A stretch of DNA of 64,000 bases from the human T2T-CHM13v2.0 reference genome, Homo sapiens: NCBI RefSeq assembly GCF_009914755.1, contig NC_060925.1; one strand, written 5' to 3'. The notes beneath the pieces are model-generated. The model had not been told where the DNA came from. It searched no databases and saw nothing but the letters and a program-made list of their open reading frames with translations. The first letter of the stretch is position 1. Each line of letters begins with the position of its first letter. This document shows positions 28,714 to 46,858 of the stretch, piece by piece. A program made the position numbers and the translations under genes.

Positions 28714-29200
28714 CTATCTGCCCCATCCCTCCTGCGCCGCTGGGCTGCGGCTGCTTCCGTGAGCCCCGGGAAGGGGAGGGGAAGTGGAAGGAAGCCCGCG
28801 AGCTGCGAGGCACCCGGGGCGGCCGCGCGCGAACCCACAAGCGGGGAGATGGCTTGGCAGGGAGAGTCGGGAGGCACCCCTCGCCCGGAGACCCCCGTGG
28901 GGCTTGGCAAAAAAAAAAAAACCCATCTCGGGCGCTGCTGGGGGCGGAAAGGCGTCAGGCGCATGGAGCCAACATACTCCCTGGCAGCCTCCGCCCGGCG
29001 GGCCCCTGCAGGGCGGTGCTTCGCGCCTACGTAAACCCGACCTCGCTGCGCAAGCGCAAATCGGTGCCCGCCCGGCGCGCGAGAGGGGCGGGGCAGGCTG
29101 GGGAGGCGGGCGGAGCCATTCTTATGGTGGTACAGAAGCTCCTGACTTCCAGCCAAAAAGACAAACGGAGGGGCGAGGCCGGAGTACCTGGAGTTTTCCT
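28550..29200. promoter_or_regulatory. Intergenic CpG island with promoter-type motifs
   Basis: High CpG density; GGGGCGGGG GC box ~29085, TGCGCAAGCGCA (NRF1-like) 29047, GGCGGAAA and TTCGCGCC (E2F-like). Confidence 0.65.
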
Positions 29201-29245
29201 CCCAGAGCCTCTTTAAAACTCACCCGTTTAAAGTGTAAAATTTAG

Positions 29246-31175
<1,930 letters not shown>

Positions 31176-32081
31176 TTTTGTGTCTGTCTTCTTTCACTTA
31201 GCAGAATGTTTTCTTTTTCTTTCTTTTTTTTTTTTTTTTTTAAGACAGGGTCTCACTCTGTCACCCAGGCTGGAGTGCAGTGACACAATATCAGCTCACT
31301 GCAACCTGCGCCTCCCAGGTTCAAGCAATCCTTCCACCTCAGCCTCCCCAGTAGCTGCCACCATGCCCAGCTAATTTTCTTTTTAATTTTTTGTAGAGAT
31401 GGAGGTTCGCCATGTTGTTCAGGCTGATCAGAAACTCCTGAGCTCAAGTGATTCACCAGCCTTAGCCTCCCAAAGTGCTAGGATTACAGGTGTGAGCTAC
31501 CACACCTGGCTTCATTCCTTTTTTATGGCTGTATAATATTCCGGTGTATGGATCTATCACATTTTGTTAATCCATTCATCTGTTGATGGACACTGGGGCT
31601 ATTTATGCCTTCTGGTTATTTAAATAATATGGCTATCAACATTCATGTACAAATTTTTGTGTGAACATATACATTCAATATTCTTGGGTAGATATCTAGG
31701 AATGGAATTGCTAGGTCAAACAGTAACTCTATGTTTAACTTTTTGAAGGAACTGCCAAACTGTTTTCCACAGTAGCTGCACCATTCTACATTCCCACCAG
31801 CAGTATATGAGGGGTTCCAGTTTTTCCACATCCCCACTACTTGTTATTATCTGTCTTTTTTTACTATAGCCATCCTACTGGGTGCGATGTGGTATCTCAT
31901 TGTGGCTTTGATTTGCATTTTCCCATGGCCAATGAGGTTGAGTTTCTTTTCATGTGTTTACTGGCCATTTGCATATCTTCTTTGGAGAGATGTTTATTCA
32001 TATTTTTTGCTCACTTTGTAACTGGGTTATTTGCCTTTTAATTATTGAGTTGTACAAGTTTTTCTTTTAATCTGGACATAA

Positions 32082-32602
<521 letters not shown>

Positions 32603-33548
32603 TGAGCCACTGCGCCTGGCCGATTTTGTATATTTAGTAGAGACAGGGCTTTACCATGTTGGCTAGGCTGGTCTGGAACTCTAGGGCTCAGATGATCTGC
32701 CCGCCTTGGCCACCCAAAGTGCTGGGATTATAGGCGTGAGCCATCACGCCTGGCCCAGGCTTTACATTTTGATGAAGAACAGTTTATCTTTGTTTTTTGT
32801 TTGTTTGTTTGTTTGTTTTGTACAGTGAGAATTTTGTAATACTTAGTTTTTCCCCAAGGAAGAATAAAGATATCTTATACTTCATTTGGTAATGTACTTG
32901 TTAAAGGTAATATGGGTGTTATTACTTGAAACTATTTAATGGCATATTGTATAACAGTGCACATATTAGGGGTCAATATTTCCAGAGAAAAAGTATTTTA
33001 GTATAAATAAAACTAATTGAATAAAAATCCTGGCACCCTTAGAGGAATGGTTGATCTCAGGTCTGGGGGAGAAAATACTCTGAATGAGCCTGGGGCAGAT
33101 GGTTCCAGAAAGCAAAGATACCAAAGAACGGGGGAATAGCAAATGGACACTGAACTCCCACTGGCCTGAGATAGAGACAAATTGAACCTCAGAGAGATTG
33201 CAGCAGAAACATTGAATTAAAAAAAAAAGTATCAGTGCAAACTCCCACTAAAGGGACTTCTACTAAAGGGAAGATGGATAAAGGGAGAGAGAAAAAGAAA
33301 CACATTGGACAGAGTACCAACTCTTTACTCTGATAATTGGCAAACAAAGGAAAAAACTAAGCACTCTCCCTTCTTTCCCATGTGAACTGAATTTCAGGGT
33401 TACCAAATTGTCCTAGTTGATGAGGGGACTTTCTTTACAGAAGAATTTCAGTTAATAAATGAGAAAGGAATGACAGAACTGGAAAATCAGCATTTTGCAA
33501 CCCCTAATGAAATAACTGTCAGGCAATTATTACCAATAGCTATGACTA

Positions 33549-34094
<546 letters not shown>

Positions 34095-34603
34095 TTATCA
34101 GCACCTGTAGCCCCTAATCAATTTTAGAATCACTAACAGTAAGACAACCAGATATTGTGCATCTCCTGAATGCAGTGTGCAGCATAAAATACCAACAATA
34201 AAGTCTTCTTGCCTAAAAGTGGAACCTGAATAAACCAAGCCTCTGAGCCAACATCCATTTATAGAGGAACGTATTCAATAGCACACACACACACAAAAAT
34301 CAGACAGATCCAGAACATGCAAAATTTTACTGGAAAATTTACCCAGTCTCTTCAACAATTCAATGACATATAAGGGTGAGGGTTGGGGGTGTTTGCCTTT
34401 GATAAGATCATTAAGAGACACAATAATCAAATGCAGCGTATAAACCTTGTTCTTGATTCAAAACAGAAAAACAGTAGAAAGACATTTTTCAGACAATCAG
34501 GGATATTTGGTTAAGGACTAGGTATTAGATGATATTAAGGAATTATTAAAGAATTTTGTCATATATGATAATGGCATTGTGGTTATGAAGAAAACGTTTG
34601 TAA

Positions 34604-34795
<192 letters not shown>

Positions 34796-35034
34796 TGACC
34801 TCAAGTGATCAGGTGCTGGGATTACAGGCGCGAGCCACCAAGCCCGGCACCTCCTCCCCTTAACAAACATTAACTGAGAGCCCATCCTGTGCCAGACTCT
34901 GCTCTGGGCACACAGCTGGGAGCACCACAAAGTCCCCGCCCTCCTGGAGCTCGCTCTGGGGTAGACACGCATGAAAGCCGGTGTGAAATGCAGCGCCCTG
35001 GATTGAACATCAGAGACGGAGCCCACAGGAGTCG

Positions 35035-35480
35035 TGCGTTTCCTGCGGGGGCTGTAACAGATTACCATAGACATAAGGGCTTCAAACATGAATGTCTGAT
35101 CTGATAGCTTTACAGTCAGACGCCTGACAGGGCTTTCTGGCCTAAAATTAGCGTTGGAAGGCTACGTTTCCTTCTGGAGGCTCTAGGGGAGCACGCGCTT
35201 CCTCACCTTTTCCGGTTTCTAGAGGCCGGGCATCCTTGGCTGTGGCCCCTTCCTCCTGCACATCGCGTCTCTGGCTCTCCATCTCTCTCTCCTCTCCACC
35301 TTCCTCTTCCGCTTTTAAGGACCCTCATGATGACATTGGGCCCACCTGTATAATCCCGGAGCACCTCTTTAAGATCAGCTGTAGCAACCTTAATTCCTCC
35401 CCGCCAGGTAACTTAGCACATTCATAGGTTCCGGGGATGACGACTTGGATCTCTCCAGGGCCCTATTCTGCCGACCACAG
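35035..35480. mobile_element. MLT1-type MaLR LTR
   Basis: gctgtaacagattacca...tctggaggctctagggga...tgacattgggcccacc...gaccaca. Confidence 0.65.
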
Positions 35481-35984
35481 ATGGGAAGGCCAATGGAGAT
35501 GGACAGAGAAGGGAAGAGGGAGAAAAAGGCTCGGAGAGAGGCAGAGGACCAGGCTGACAGGAGAGAGGAGGTGGCTGAGAAAGGAGACAGTGTCCTGGGC
35601 GTGCTTGGGGACTTTTCGGGGGATTCTGTTTGCCAGCTGAGACTTTCCAGGGACGTTATTCCAGGAAAGCCTGGGCAGCTGTGAAAACTCAGATGACGCC
35701 AGAGGACTGTTCGGGGTTGAGCCAATAGGCAATTGTTGGAGAGGGAGGGAAGGAGGGCAGCTCTCAGCAAGTCCATGTTGGCGGCGTTTCCTGAGCTCCA
35801 AGGCTATTCCGGGCTCCATCCCTGGGATGGAGCTTCCTAGCCTGCGTCAGGACGGCGTTTGCCAGCGTTCCAGGGAGTGTGGGTCTATCCCCTTGGTGGC
35901 AGGAGGGAGGCTTTAATCAAATTCTCAAGGGGGCCTGGGACCAATAAAAGTTAACTCCTATCCTGAGTGTTATAAAAAGAAGTG

Positions 35985-36930
<946 letters not shown>

Positions 36931-37269
36931 TTATCTCTTCTAAAAAAAGAGGAAGTGCTTGGCCCTTAGCACCACATTTCACTTCGTCCTTGCAACTGTG
37001 AAAGGCAGGCCTTGACCTTCTCCCCTCTTACAGGTGAGCAGATGGCAGAGAGGCGAGGATCACTAGGCTAAGATGGGATGGCTGTTTAGTGACAGGCCTT
37101 GGACCAGGTCTCCTGTATGGGTCATTCTTTGTCCTGCGAGCCATGCTGGAGTGTGGATTTGGAGGTGACAGGCAAGTGGCGCAGTCAGTGATGCATCTTC
37201 TCAGTAGCTGTTGGAGAGTGGGCAGTTCTGACAGCAGCAGGGGAAGCTGGCCGGGAGATGGGGCGTCTG

Positions 37270-37826
<557 letters not shown>

Positions 37827-39054
37827 AGGTAAATTTGCCTATGCAAGGACACGCAGCTAGTGATTTGTTCCACATCTGACCCCAGGGCCTATGCGCCTTT
37901 CCCTACCCAGGCCACCGCCATGACTCAGGAGGCCCCTCTGGGGAAGCAGCGGGAACCCTCATAGGAGGCTCCGGGACAGAGAGATGCAGGGCTGGGACGA
38001 GGAGGCCCCGAGGGGAGGCTGCTCGCTCTCCTGTCCCATGGAGGTCTCTGCTAGGGGTAGCCCCGTCCTGGGACACAGACACCAAGGACTGCTGTCTGAG
38101 AGGAGGAGGCTGAGTTGGGAGGGACAATGGCCTGAGTTGATTCTGAAGCCTGTGAGCAAGGTGGGACAAGCCGGAGAGGCAGCTGAGCAAGTGGGGGCGA
38201 AGACTGAGGGTGAGAGTTTGTGCTGAAGAGGCAAGGGGCAGCCTCAAGTGGGCAGGGCAAGGCCAGATGCAGAGGCTGACAGGAGTGGGCAAGGGGACCG
38301 GGATTCAGGGGGAGACTGAGTCAGGGGCCAGACAGGCTGGAGCTCCTAGGGTTGGAAGCTGGGTGATGGGGCCTCATTCTCTGCCACACGAGACTCCCCC
38401 AGCCCAGCCTTCCCCCTTATTGTCTCTCACAGATACTCCCATACATCCCTGGTACCCCTGTCATCTTTCCTAAGCTATGCTCTTTTTCAGGAGGGTGGCG
38501 TTTAGGGGAGGGTATCCTCCAGAAATAGCAAGTCTCAAAGTCAGCTCTTGCCTGAGTCCCAGTCTCCTTTGGTGGAAGGGTAGTCCCTCTTTTTGCATGT
38601 TTTAAGTGGTCAGCCTGGCAAGGGGCGGGAGGCCTGGGTTTCTTTCTTCTCTTTAGGATGGGGCTGGTCCTCCACCTCCCACTGGCTGGCAGCCTCCCGG
38701 CCCCTGGTGGCCCCAATCCATTGTCCCAATAAGAATAGAGAAAACAGCTTTGGAAATTGACACTATGAATGGTGCTGGGGCTGCTGGGCTGGGACTGAAC
38801 TAATGGGATGAGGTCCCCCACTTCAGGCCCAGGCTCAGCACCTGGGACGGTGACTCTACTAGGAGAGTGGGGGCTCTGCACCCCTCCCCAGGACCCCCAA
38901 ATTAGACTTCAAGCCACCCCTGTCCAGGACATGGATCCCCAGGGATGGGCTTGGGGGACCAGATGCCCCAACTCCTCCTAGAACTTCACTCTCATTCAGT
39001 CAAAGTTTGAGAGGGAGTAAGGGGTGGGTAATGGGCTGGGAGAGATTTCTGGAA

Positions 39055-39135
39055 GCTGAGAAAGGGGCGGGTCTGACCCCCCAACTTTGCCCCGCTCTCA
39101 TTGGCCCTCGCCCCCTTTCCCCGCCCCAATTGTCT
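39055..39135 (+). promoter_or_regulatory. Putative promoter of the IGDCC3-like pseudogene
   Basis: GGGGCGGG 39064, ATTGG 39100, CCCCGCCCC ~39119 and CCAAT 39126, about 310-380 nt upstream of the signal-peptide ATG. Confidence 0.55.
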
Positions 39136-39440
39136 CGGTGTCTGGGTCCTGGCCCTGGGAGGAGGGGACAGTGGGGATAGGAGTGGGGAGGGGGCTCAGG
39201 CTGAAAGCAGAGAGAGACCCAGCTCCAGGAACACGAAGGCAAGGACAGTAGCCTTCAGTCTCGACCCCAGAGCTTGGCACCCCAGAACCTGGGCTCCCCA
39301 AAGCAAGACCAGGGCCCCCACATTGTGCGCCAAAGTGCGGGGTGGAGAATGCCCACAGCCCAAGGGCCCCCAGGCTGAAGGCAGGAGACTGGGGCTGCTG
39401 GAGAAGTTGCCCAGGCTGAGGGGCCGTGCCTGGCAGGGAC

Positions 39441-39474
39441 ATGGGGCTGCTGCTGCTGCTGCTCCCAGGCTGGG
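39441..39474 (+). pseudogene. Pseudo-exon 1: signal peptide MGLLLLLLPGW
   Basis: gacATGG strong Kozak, (CTG)5 leucine run, phase-1 donor G|gtaaga matching exon 2. Confidence 0.7.
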
Positions 39475-40689
39475 GTAAGAGGCTGAGCCATGGGGGCCAT
39501 AGGGAAAGCCAGGGCAGAGGGACGGGGAAGAAAAAGAGGCAGGCATAGGGGTGGGAGAGTTGCGGGGCAAGGTTGGGGAAGCAGAGGGATGGAGGTGGCC
39601 GGAGTGGAGATGGAGAAACCCTGAGGACAGCAGAGGAGAGGGGTGAGCAGGAGGGGCAGGCAGGGCTGCGGGAGAGCTGTGGGGGGTGCTCTAGGAGCCC
39701 AGGCTTTGGGGCACAGTGGCTAGAAGGGGACCTGGGGGCCACGTGAGGCAAGTGGCTGAGCAGACTGCGGGGCATGCAGAGGCAGGGCCCCAGAGGCTTA
39801 CCCACAGATGTCCCTGAGCCAACCAAGGCTGGCTGAGCCCCCTGCCCATGTGCCCCTCGGAGGCTCTGTCTGCCCGCCTATCCACCCCATCTGCTGGGGG
39901 TCCTGGCTCAGCCTTACAGGCTGAGTTATTGTATTTATGGGGGTGTGTGGGAAGGGAGGCTGTGGGTTCACAGCTCTGCTCATGCATTTCTGGGCCTGTG
40001 CTGTTAGTGTCTGTGGCCCTGTGCTTATGTATTTGTGACTTTGAGTCTGTAGGGACATCTATGTGTGACCTGTGTTTGGGGCCTCCTTGAGTGTGCATCT
40101 GGGATGGAATCTGTCTGTGTCTAGAAGACCTGGTGGCCAGTGAGGTTGTGATTTTTAATCCAAGTGTGTGTGTGTCCGTGAATGAGTGTGTGTGAGTGTA
40201 AGTGTGTTCCTTCCCTATTCAGAGGCCAGGGTCCTGGTGGCGGGAGGGGGAAGGGGGAGAGCCAGGAGTCCTGGGAAGCTGACCCTGCAGGCAGACAGGC
40301 AGATGGGCCGGTGGGGGAGGGAGGGGGCGATCCCATTGTCCCCTGGGGAGCACAATGCTCACGCCTCAGCCCCTGACCTCACCATTGTGCCCACCCCGCC
40401 CCCTCCCCGTTGCCAGGGCCCAGCTGAAAGAGGCCATCAATCACAGCCGGCCCGCCAGGCCCACACCGCACCCGCCAGCCGGACAGTGGCCCGCCCTGCT
40501 CCTCAGATGGCCAGGCCCTGCCCTCTCTTCCCTGTTCCTCCTTTGCTGACCCAAAGTCTCCCTAAAGTCAAGTCCTGTCCCTTGCCCCTCGCCAAGGCTG
40601 GGAGGGAATCAAAGCCATGGGGGAGGTGGTGGACAAAGGGTGGGCCTCAGGGGGCCGCCGTGTTCAGGCTGTGCTGGCTGTCCCTACAG

Positions 40690-40987
40690 GCTGTGCTGCA
40701 GGCTCCGAGCTGGCCTTCGTGCAGGAGCTGGGGGACACAGTGGCTGTGTGGGAGCACCCACTGGTGCTGCCAGGTGGAGGGTGAGCCGCCTGTGTCCATT
40801 TCCTGGCAGCGGGATAGGCTGGCCTTAGCCAATGAGAGTGGTGTCACCCTGATGCCAGATGGCTCCCTGCACCTGGCCGCCCTGCCTTCCCGCCGGAGCC
40901 TCCCTTCCCGTGCCCACGAGTACCACTGCGTGGCCCAGAACCGCTACGGGCGGCTGGTGAGCCGACGGGCCCGGGTACAGCTGGCAA
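40690..40987 (+). pseudogene. Pseudo-exon 2: Ig1 (frameshift at ~40767)
   Basis: ctacag|GC; GSELAFVQELGDTVAVWEHPLVL / CQVEGEPPVSISW...EYHCVAQNRYGRLVSRRARVQLA; A|gtaagt. Confidence 0.9.
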
Positions 40988-41087
40988 GTAAGTGACAGGG
41001 CTGCTCCTGGGATTGGGGGATGAGAGTTGGTGGGGCACCCACAGAAGGCACCCATGGGGCCCAGACTCGCTGAGAGTGGGCCTGAGC

Positions 41088-41338
41088 AGGGCCAGCCCAG
41101 CCATTAGACACAGTGTACACACTGGTAGAGCCTCTGATTCTTTTAGGGGCCCACAAAAATGTTTTAACTTCTTCAAAACCAGAAGAAAAAAATGAATACA
41201 ATAATAAATATGTAAAAATGAGTCCAGACTGGATTATATTTGTCTATATTCCAATGCCATTGTAAACTATGATTTAAAATTTTTGTAATGGAGGAAGGCA
41301 AAGTGCTTATAGCCCACAGAAGTCCTAGACATGAGGCT
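41088..41338. mobile_element. MER96B-like hAT element in pseudogene intron 2
   Basis: ttttaggggcccacaaaaatg...tccagactggattatattt resembles MER96B in reverse. Confidence 0.6.
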
Positions 41339-41468
41339 GCAGGGCTCTATACTGAAGAGGATGTGGCAGATGTGGGCACAGAGGTGGGGCCCAGCCCTGG
41401 GACTTGGTTGTGGGGGGATAGCCCAGGGCCAGCTCTGCAGGTGCCCAAGTGGCCCCCCCATCCTCTAG

Positions 41469-41613
41469 GTCTGTCCCGCTTCCACCAACATCCAGAATCC
41501 ATTGAGGTGGAGCGGGGTGGAGTTGCTTGCTTCCAGTGCCTGATCCAGGGGGTGCCTGAGCCATCCATTTCCTGGGAGCACAATGGCACAGCCCTGAATA
41601 CTGCCAACCACCG
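41469..41613 (+). pseudogene. Pseudo-exon 3: Ig2 N-half
   Basis: ctctag|GT; LSRFHQHPES...FQCLIQGVPEPSISWEHN; CG|gtgagc. Confidence 0.92.
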
Positions 41614-41696
41614 GTGAGCACCTGCCAGGAGTGCAATGGGACGGTGGGCTGTGGGCCAGGGCACAGGCCATGGAGCCCTGACCTCTGCATCCTCAG

Positions 41697-41827
41697 GGTC
41701 ACACTGCTGCCTAGTGGCATCCTCCACATCACCAGTGTGAGCCAGACTGACATGGGAACCTACCGCTGCGTGGCATGGAATGTGGCCAGTACCCGCCACA
41801 GCCAGGATGCCCAGCTGACCCTGAGTG
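41697..41827 (+). pseudogene. Pseudo-exon 4: Ig2 C-half
   Basis: cctcag|G; VTLLPSGILHIT...DMGTYRCVAWNVAS; G|gtaagc. Confidence 0.92.
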
Positions 41828-42654
41828 GTAAGCCAGGCCCAGTGTGGGCACTGGGCAGAGGGGAGGGTATGGTTGCTGTGGTTGTACATGGGACAGGCAG
41901 GCATTTTGAGCACCTATGACTGTGCCAGGTGTGGGAGGGCAGCAGGCTTGAGCCATCCCTGGCTTCCTGGAGCTCACAACCTGAGAGAGAAGGTGGTGCT
42001 GCGGGAACCCAGGGTTGGGCTGTGGGCAAGGATTGTCAGGGGCTTCTGGAGTAAGCTACCCCAAGCCGGGTGTTGAAGGGTGAGTGGAGAGAGGCAAGCC
42101 AAGGTCAGGAGGTAAGGGCAGGGGCATTTCCTTGGACAAATGCACAAGGGTGAGGACAACAAAGTTCACACAGGCAGTTCTGTGTTGTTGGACCACAGAA
42201 TGGGCAGAATTCAGGGTAGCAAAGTTAATGTTGGCGAGTAGGCAAGGCACATACCATGAAAGGAGTTTGGACTTGATCCAGAGGGTAGTGGGAGCTCTGG
42301 AGGGTCTAGCGTTGGGGCTGAGTCAGCCTGTGTTTTGAACACGTGGCCCCCATACACATGGCGTGTAGATGTGCATGTGTTCGTGTATGTGTCTGTGCTT
42401 GCATGTACATGTGCATGTGTGCATGGACACTTGCACGTCTCCTTCTTGGGGTGAGGATGAAAATAGCTTTGTACCTGAGATGAAACACCCAGGATGACCC
42501 CACTTGCAGGCCAAATGGGGTGGGAGAGTTTTGTGCCCAAAGTGAAGGCCACAGCAGAGCCTATGAGGAGCTGGTGCCTAGCAGGAGAGGCAGGTTAGAC
42601 CCTGCCTAAACCAGAGATGCCGCAGGTGTTTGTGAGGGAAAGTCATGCCTGAAT

Positions 42655-42673
42655 CAGCCACTAGGGGGCTCCA
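42655..42673 (+). promoter_or_regulatory. CTCF-binding motif
   Basis: CAGCCACTAGGGGGCTCCA closely matches the CTCF core CCAC(C/T)AG(G/A)GGGC. Confidence 0.65.
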
Positions 42674-42681
42674 GGGTATAA

Positions 42682-43061
<380 letters not shown>

Positions 43062-44684
43062 GTATATAATTTTTAAACTTAAGACTGGCAGGGGAAGGGG
43101 GAACGGTTGTGTTTCTGATCTGTAACTGACTTAGAAACTCAAAGCGAGGGTGGGGGTCAGCGGCTCCTCTGCAGGAGCAGAGGAGCCCAATGAGGTCCCT
43201 CTGGCCTGTGGTGTTCCGTTCCTATCCACAGTCTGGGGCAGGAGGGCAGGGCAGGAGGCTATGTCTCTCAAGGCTATCGAGCAGACATAGGATTCTGCTG
43301 CCCGCGGAGCAGGGAGACGAATGGCCAGAGAGCGACAGGAGGTTAGCAGGAGGAGCAGGCGCCTGTTGGGGGCAGAGGACCAATCAGAAACCGAAGGCTC
43401 AAGGGTTGCCTAAAGGAGCTGGTGTCAAGAGTAGTCTTCCCCAGGGGCAGGAGCTGGGGACCAAGGCCCCAAGCCATTCACCCCTAATGCACTCAACTGC
43501 ACACACCTGGACAGGCACTTACCCTGGGCGTGCACCAGGGTGAGACAGAATTTCCCAGACTTCAAGGAGCTCACAGCGGCTAAAGAGGGGATCCTCTTTG
43601 TCAGCTGTTCAGTGCTACCAAGATCCAGGAAGTCCCCCAGTTCTGCCAGTGCCTCTGTCATTGGGCAAGTTACTTAACCTCTCTGATCCTTGATCTTCTC
43701 ATGTAAATGGGGGAAATAACAGTACTCCGCACACAGGCTGTGGTGAGGGCAAAATGGGACAATCTGTGGGGCTCGCAGCCAATGTCTGGCATGGGGAAGG
43801 GGTCGGCCCGGGTGGCCCAGCCTCCCCTCACTGAACTGTCTGGCCAGGCAGGACACAGCCTCTTTGAATGAGGCCAGGAGATTCCAGGGCAGCCCACAGC
43901 CTGTACTGCAGCTTGCAAGAGGCAAATGGAGAAGGGCTGGGCCCAAAGTAGGCCTTCAATCTATAGTTGCTGAATAAGTGAATGAACAAAACACAATCCT
44001 ACACCTTGAGGGATAAAGATGTGTAAGACTTTAGACCAGCCCTTGAGAAACTTTCATTTTAGAAACATTTTATCTGAGACATTCTTAATAAAGGGCATTT
44101 ATGAAAGGAAAGACACGTTAAGTTCTCACATGATACAAGGTGGTAAAGAAAATGAGGATGATGGCCTATGGGAAGGCAGAGCTCTGTTTCACACGATGTT
44201 GTTCACAACTGTGCTCCCAGTGTGAGGGTGCTGCCTGGCACATGGGAGCCCCCAGTGATGACCTGTTGAATAAACTAATGAAACGGGGGAGCATGGCATA
44301 AAATGAAGATGTGATTTAGACCCAAAACAAGAGTTACTTTGGGAAAACACATCCTTCCTAAGCAGCTAAGCAGGCTGAGGTCTTAGGAGGCTGGTCATGC
44401 TTTCTGAGGGAGCGCCTCCTACTAACTTTGTGGGTGCCTCTACCTGCCCCTCAGGGTGAGGCGCCCAGGGAAGGTGGGGCCACCCACAGGGTTTGTAGGA
44501 GGAGAATGCTCTCTCCTCTCTCTCCGCACCCCCAGTCTACCAGACCTTCAGCCTGATAGCTACTTCCATGGGACTTTGGGCAGGTCATTTTTAAAATCTG
44601 TAAATTGGGGATGGAATAGCAGCTGCAAAGCACACCTCTGAGGTCTGGTGACATTTGTGGGCTGGAAGAGTGTGCTTGGAGTAG

Positions 44685-45680
<996 letters not shown>

Positions 45681-45744
45681 TAGGGCCACTCCACTAAGTC
45701 TTGGTGGGAAAGGGCTCCCAGTAGCTGAGTTTGTCTTTCTCTAG

Positions 45745-45989
45745 TACGCTGATGCTGGCAGGGGTTTCAGTTGAGGATGAGGCCATCTATCAATGCGTGG
45801 CAGAGAACAGCACGGGCTCCAACCAGGCCAGTGCCCGCCTGGTTGTGACAGGGGGCCCAGAGCCACCCCGTCCCCAGGGGACTGCATGCCATGGCTCTCT
45901 CTACTTCTGCCATTCGAGTGTCCTGGGAGCCACCCCCCCCTCCAGCAGGGACATCATTGGCTACGTGCTGCACCTCCGGCCTGTGGGAG
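45745..45989 (+). pseudogene. Pseudo-exon 8: Ig4 C-half plus FN3-1 N-part (two compensating frameshifts)
   Basis: ctctag|T; EDEAIYQCVAENSTGSNQASARL / PRGLHAMALSTSAIRVSWEPP / SSRDIIGYVLHLR; G|gtgggt. Confidence 0.9.
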
Positions 45990-46420
45990 GTGGGTGTGGG
46001 TGGGTGGAGAGGGCTTTGACCTCAGAGAAGGGCCAGGGGCCAGGAGTCCCTGGCACCAGCCCATCTCTGCTCCTGACTGCTGATGTCCTGGGTGAGTCCC
46101 TCTCACTCTCTGAGCCCCAGTCTCCTCCATGACCCCAGACCCTTCTGGATTCTTCCCAGGCCTCTGGGCCTGTGGTTCTCTGGGCTGGCTGCCTCTGTAC
46201 ATGGTCTTTTGGTGCTTCCTTACTGCTTTTCAGCTTGACTCTAGGCCCTTTCCTCATCCTCATCCTCATCCTTTCTCAGCTTAGCTCCAACTTCTGTAGC
46301 TCCCTTCCCTGCTCTCCTTGGAGGCTTGGCTGGCCCAGCCAGGCACCAAGAGGGGCTTCGTCCCCAGTTTGTGAAGGTGTGGGGACGTGGCTAGTGAGAA
46401 GATGCTGCTTTGCTCCTCAG

Positions 46421-46585
46421 AGCCATCTGGCCCGGAGCTCCAAGAGGCCATAAGCAAAGGCACTTCTGAGCACGTCTTCTCCAACCTGGAGCCTGCCACA
46501 GCCTACACCATCCATTTGCGGGCCTACTCAGCAGAGGGTGCCAGTCAGGACTCTGCTCCCATCTTTGCCTCCACCATGGGCAGCA
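46421..46585 (+). pseudogene. Pseudo-exon 9: FN3-1 C-part
   Basis: cctcag|AG; QEAISKGTSEHVFSNLEPATAYTIHLRAYSAEGAS; A|gtgagt. Confidence 0.92.
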
Positions 46586-46671
46586 GTGAGTGACAGCCTC
46601 TCCAGCCCTGGGAAGTCCCTGGCCTCAGGTGGGCAGGGACTGCCAACTAGTTTGCTTGTTTTCCTCTGCAG

Positions 46672-46858
46672 CCCCTGCTGCCCTGGGCTTCTCCACCAAA
46701 GTGCTGAATGCCACCTCTGTGCAGGCCTCCTGGGAGCTGCCACCCCAGCTGGGGCCCATCCAAGGCTTCAAACTTTCACCGCAAGCTGCCTGCTGCCCAT
46801 TTTCAGGGGCCTCTGCTCCTGGCCAGCAGTGTCAGCTCCTTCCTCTACACAGACCTGG
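46672..46858 (+). pseudogene. Pseudo-exon 10: FN3-2 N-part (frameshift at ~46776)
   Basis: ctgcag|CC; VLNATSVQASWELPP...GFKL / HRKLPAAHFQGPLLL...YTDL; G|gtgagg. Confidence 0.9.

Noticed and set aside
39349-39378. Upstream ATG as the pseudogene start
   Set aside because: Out of frame with the leucine run and stops after 9 codons; at most a uORF
40186-40995. 269-aa ORF as a stand-alone gene
   Set aside because: Only the last ~73 codons are Ig1 of the pseudogene; the rest is intron or the wrong frame, and it starts at GTG
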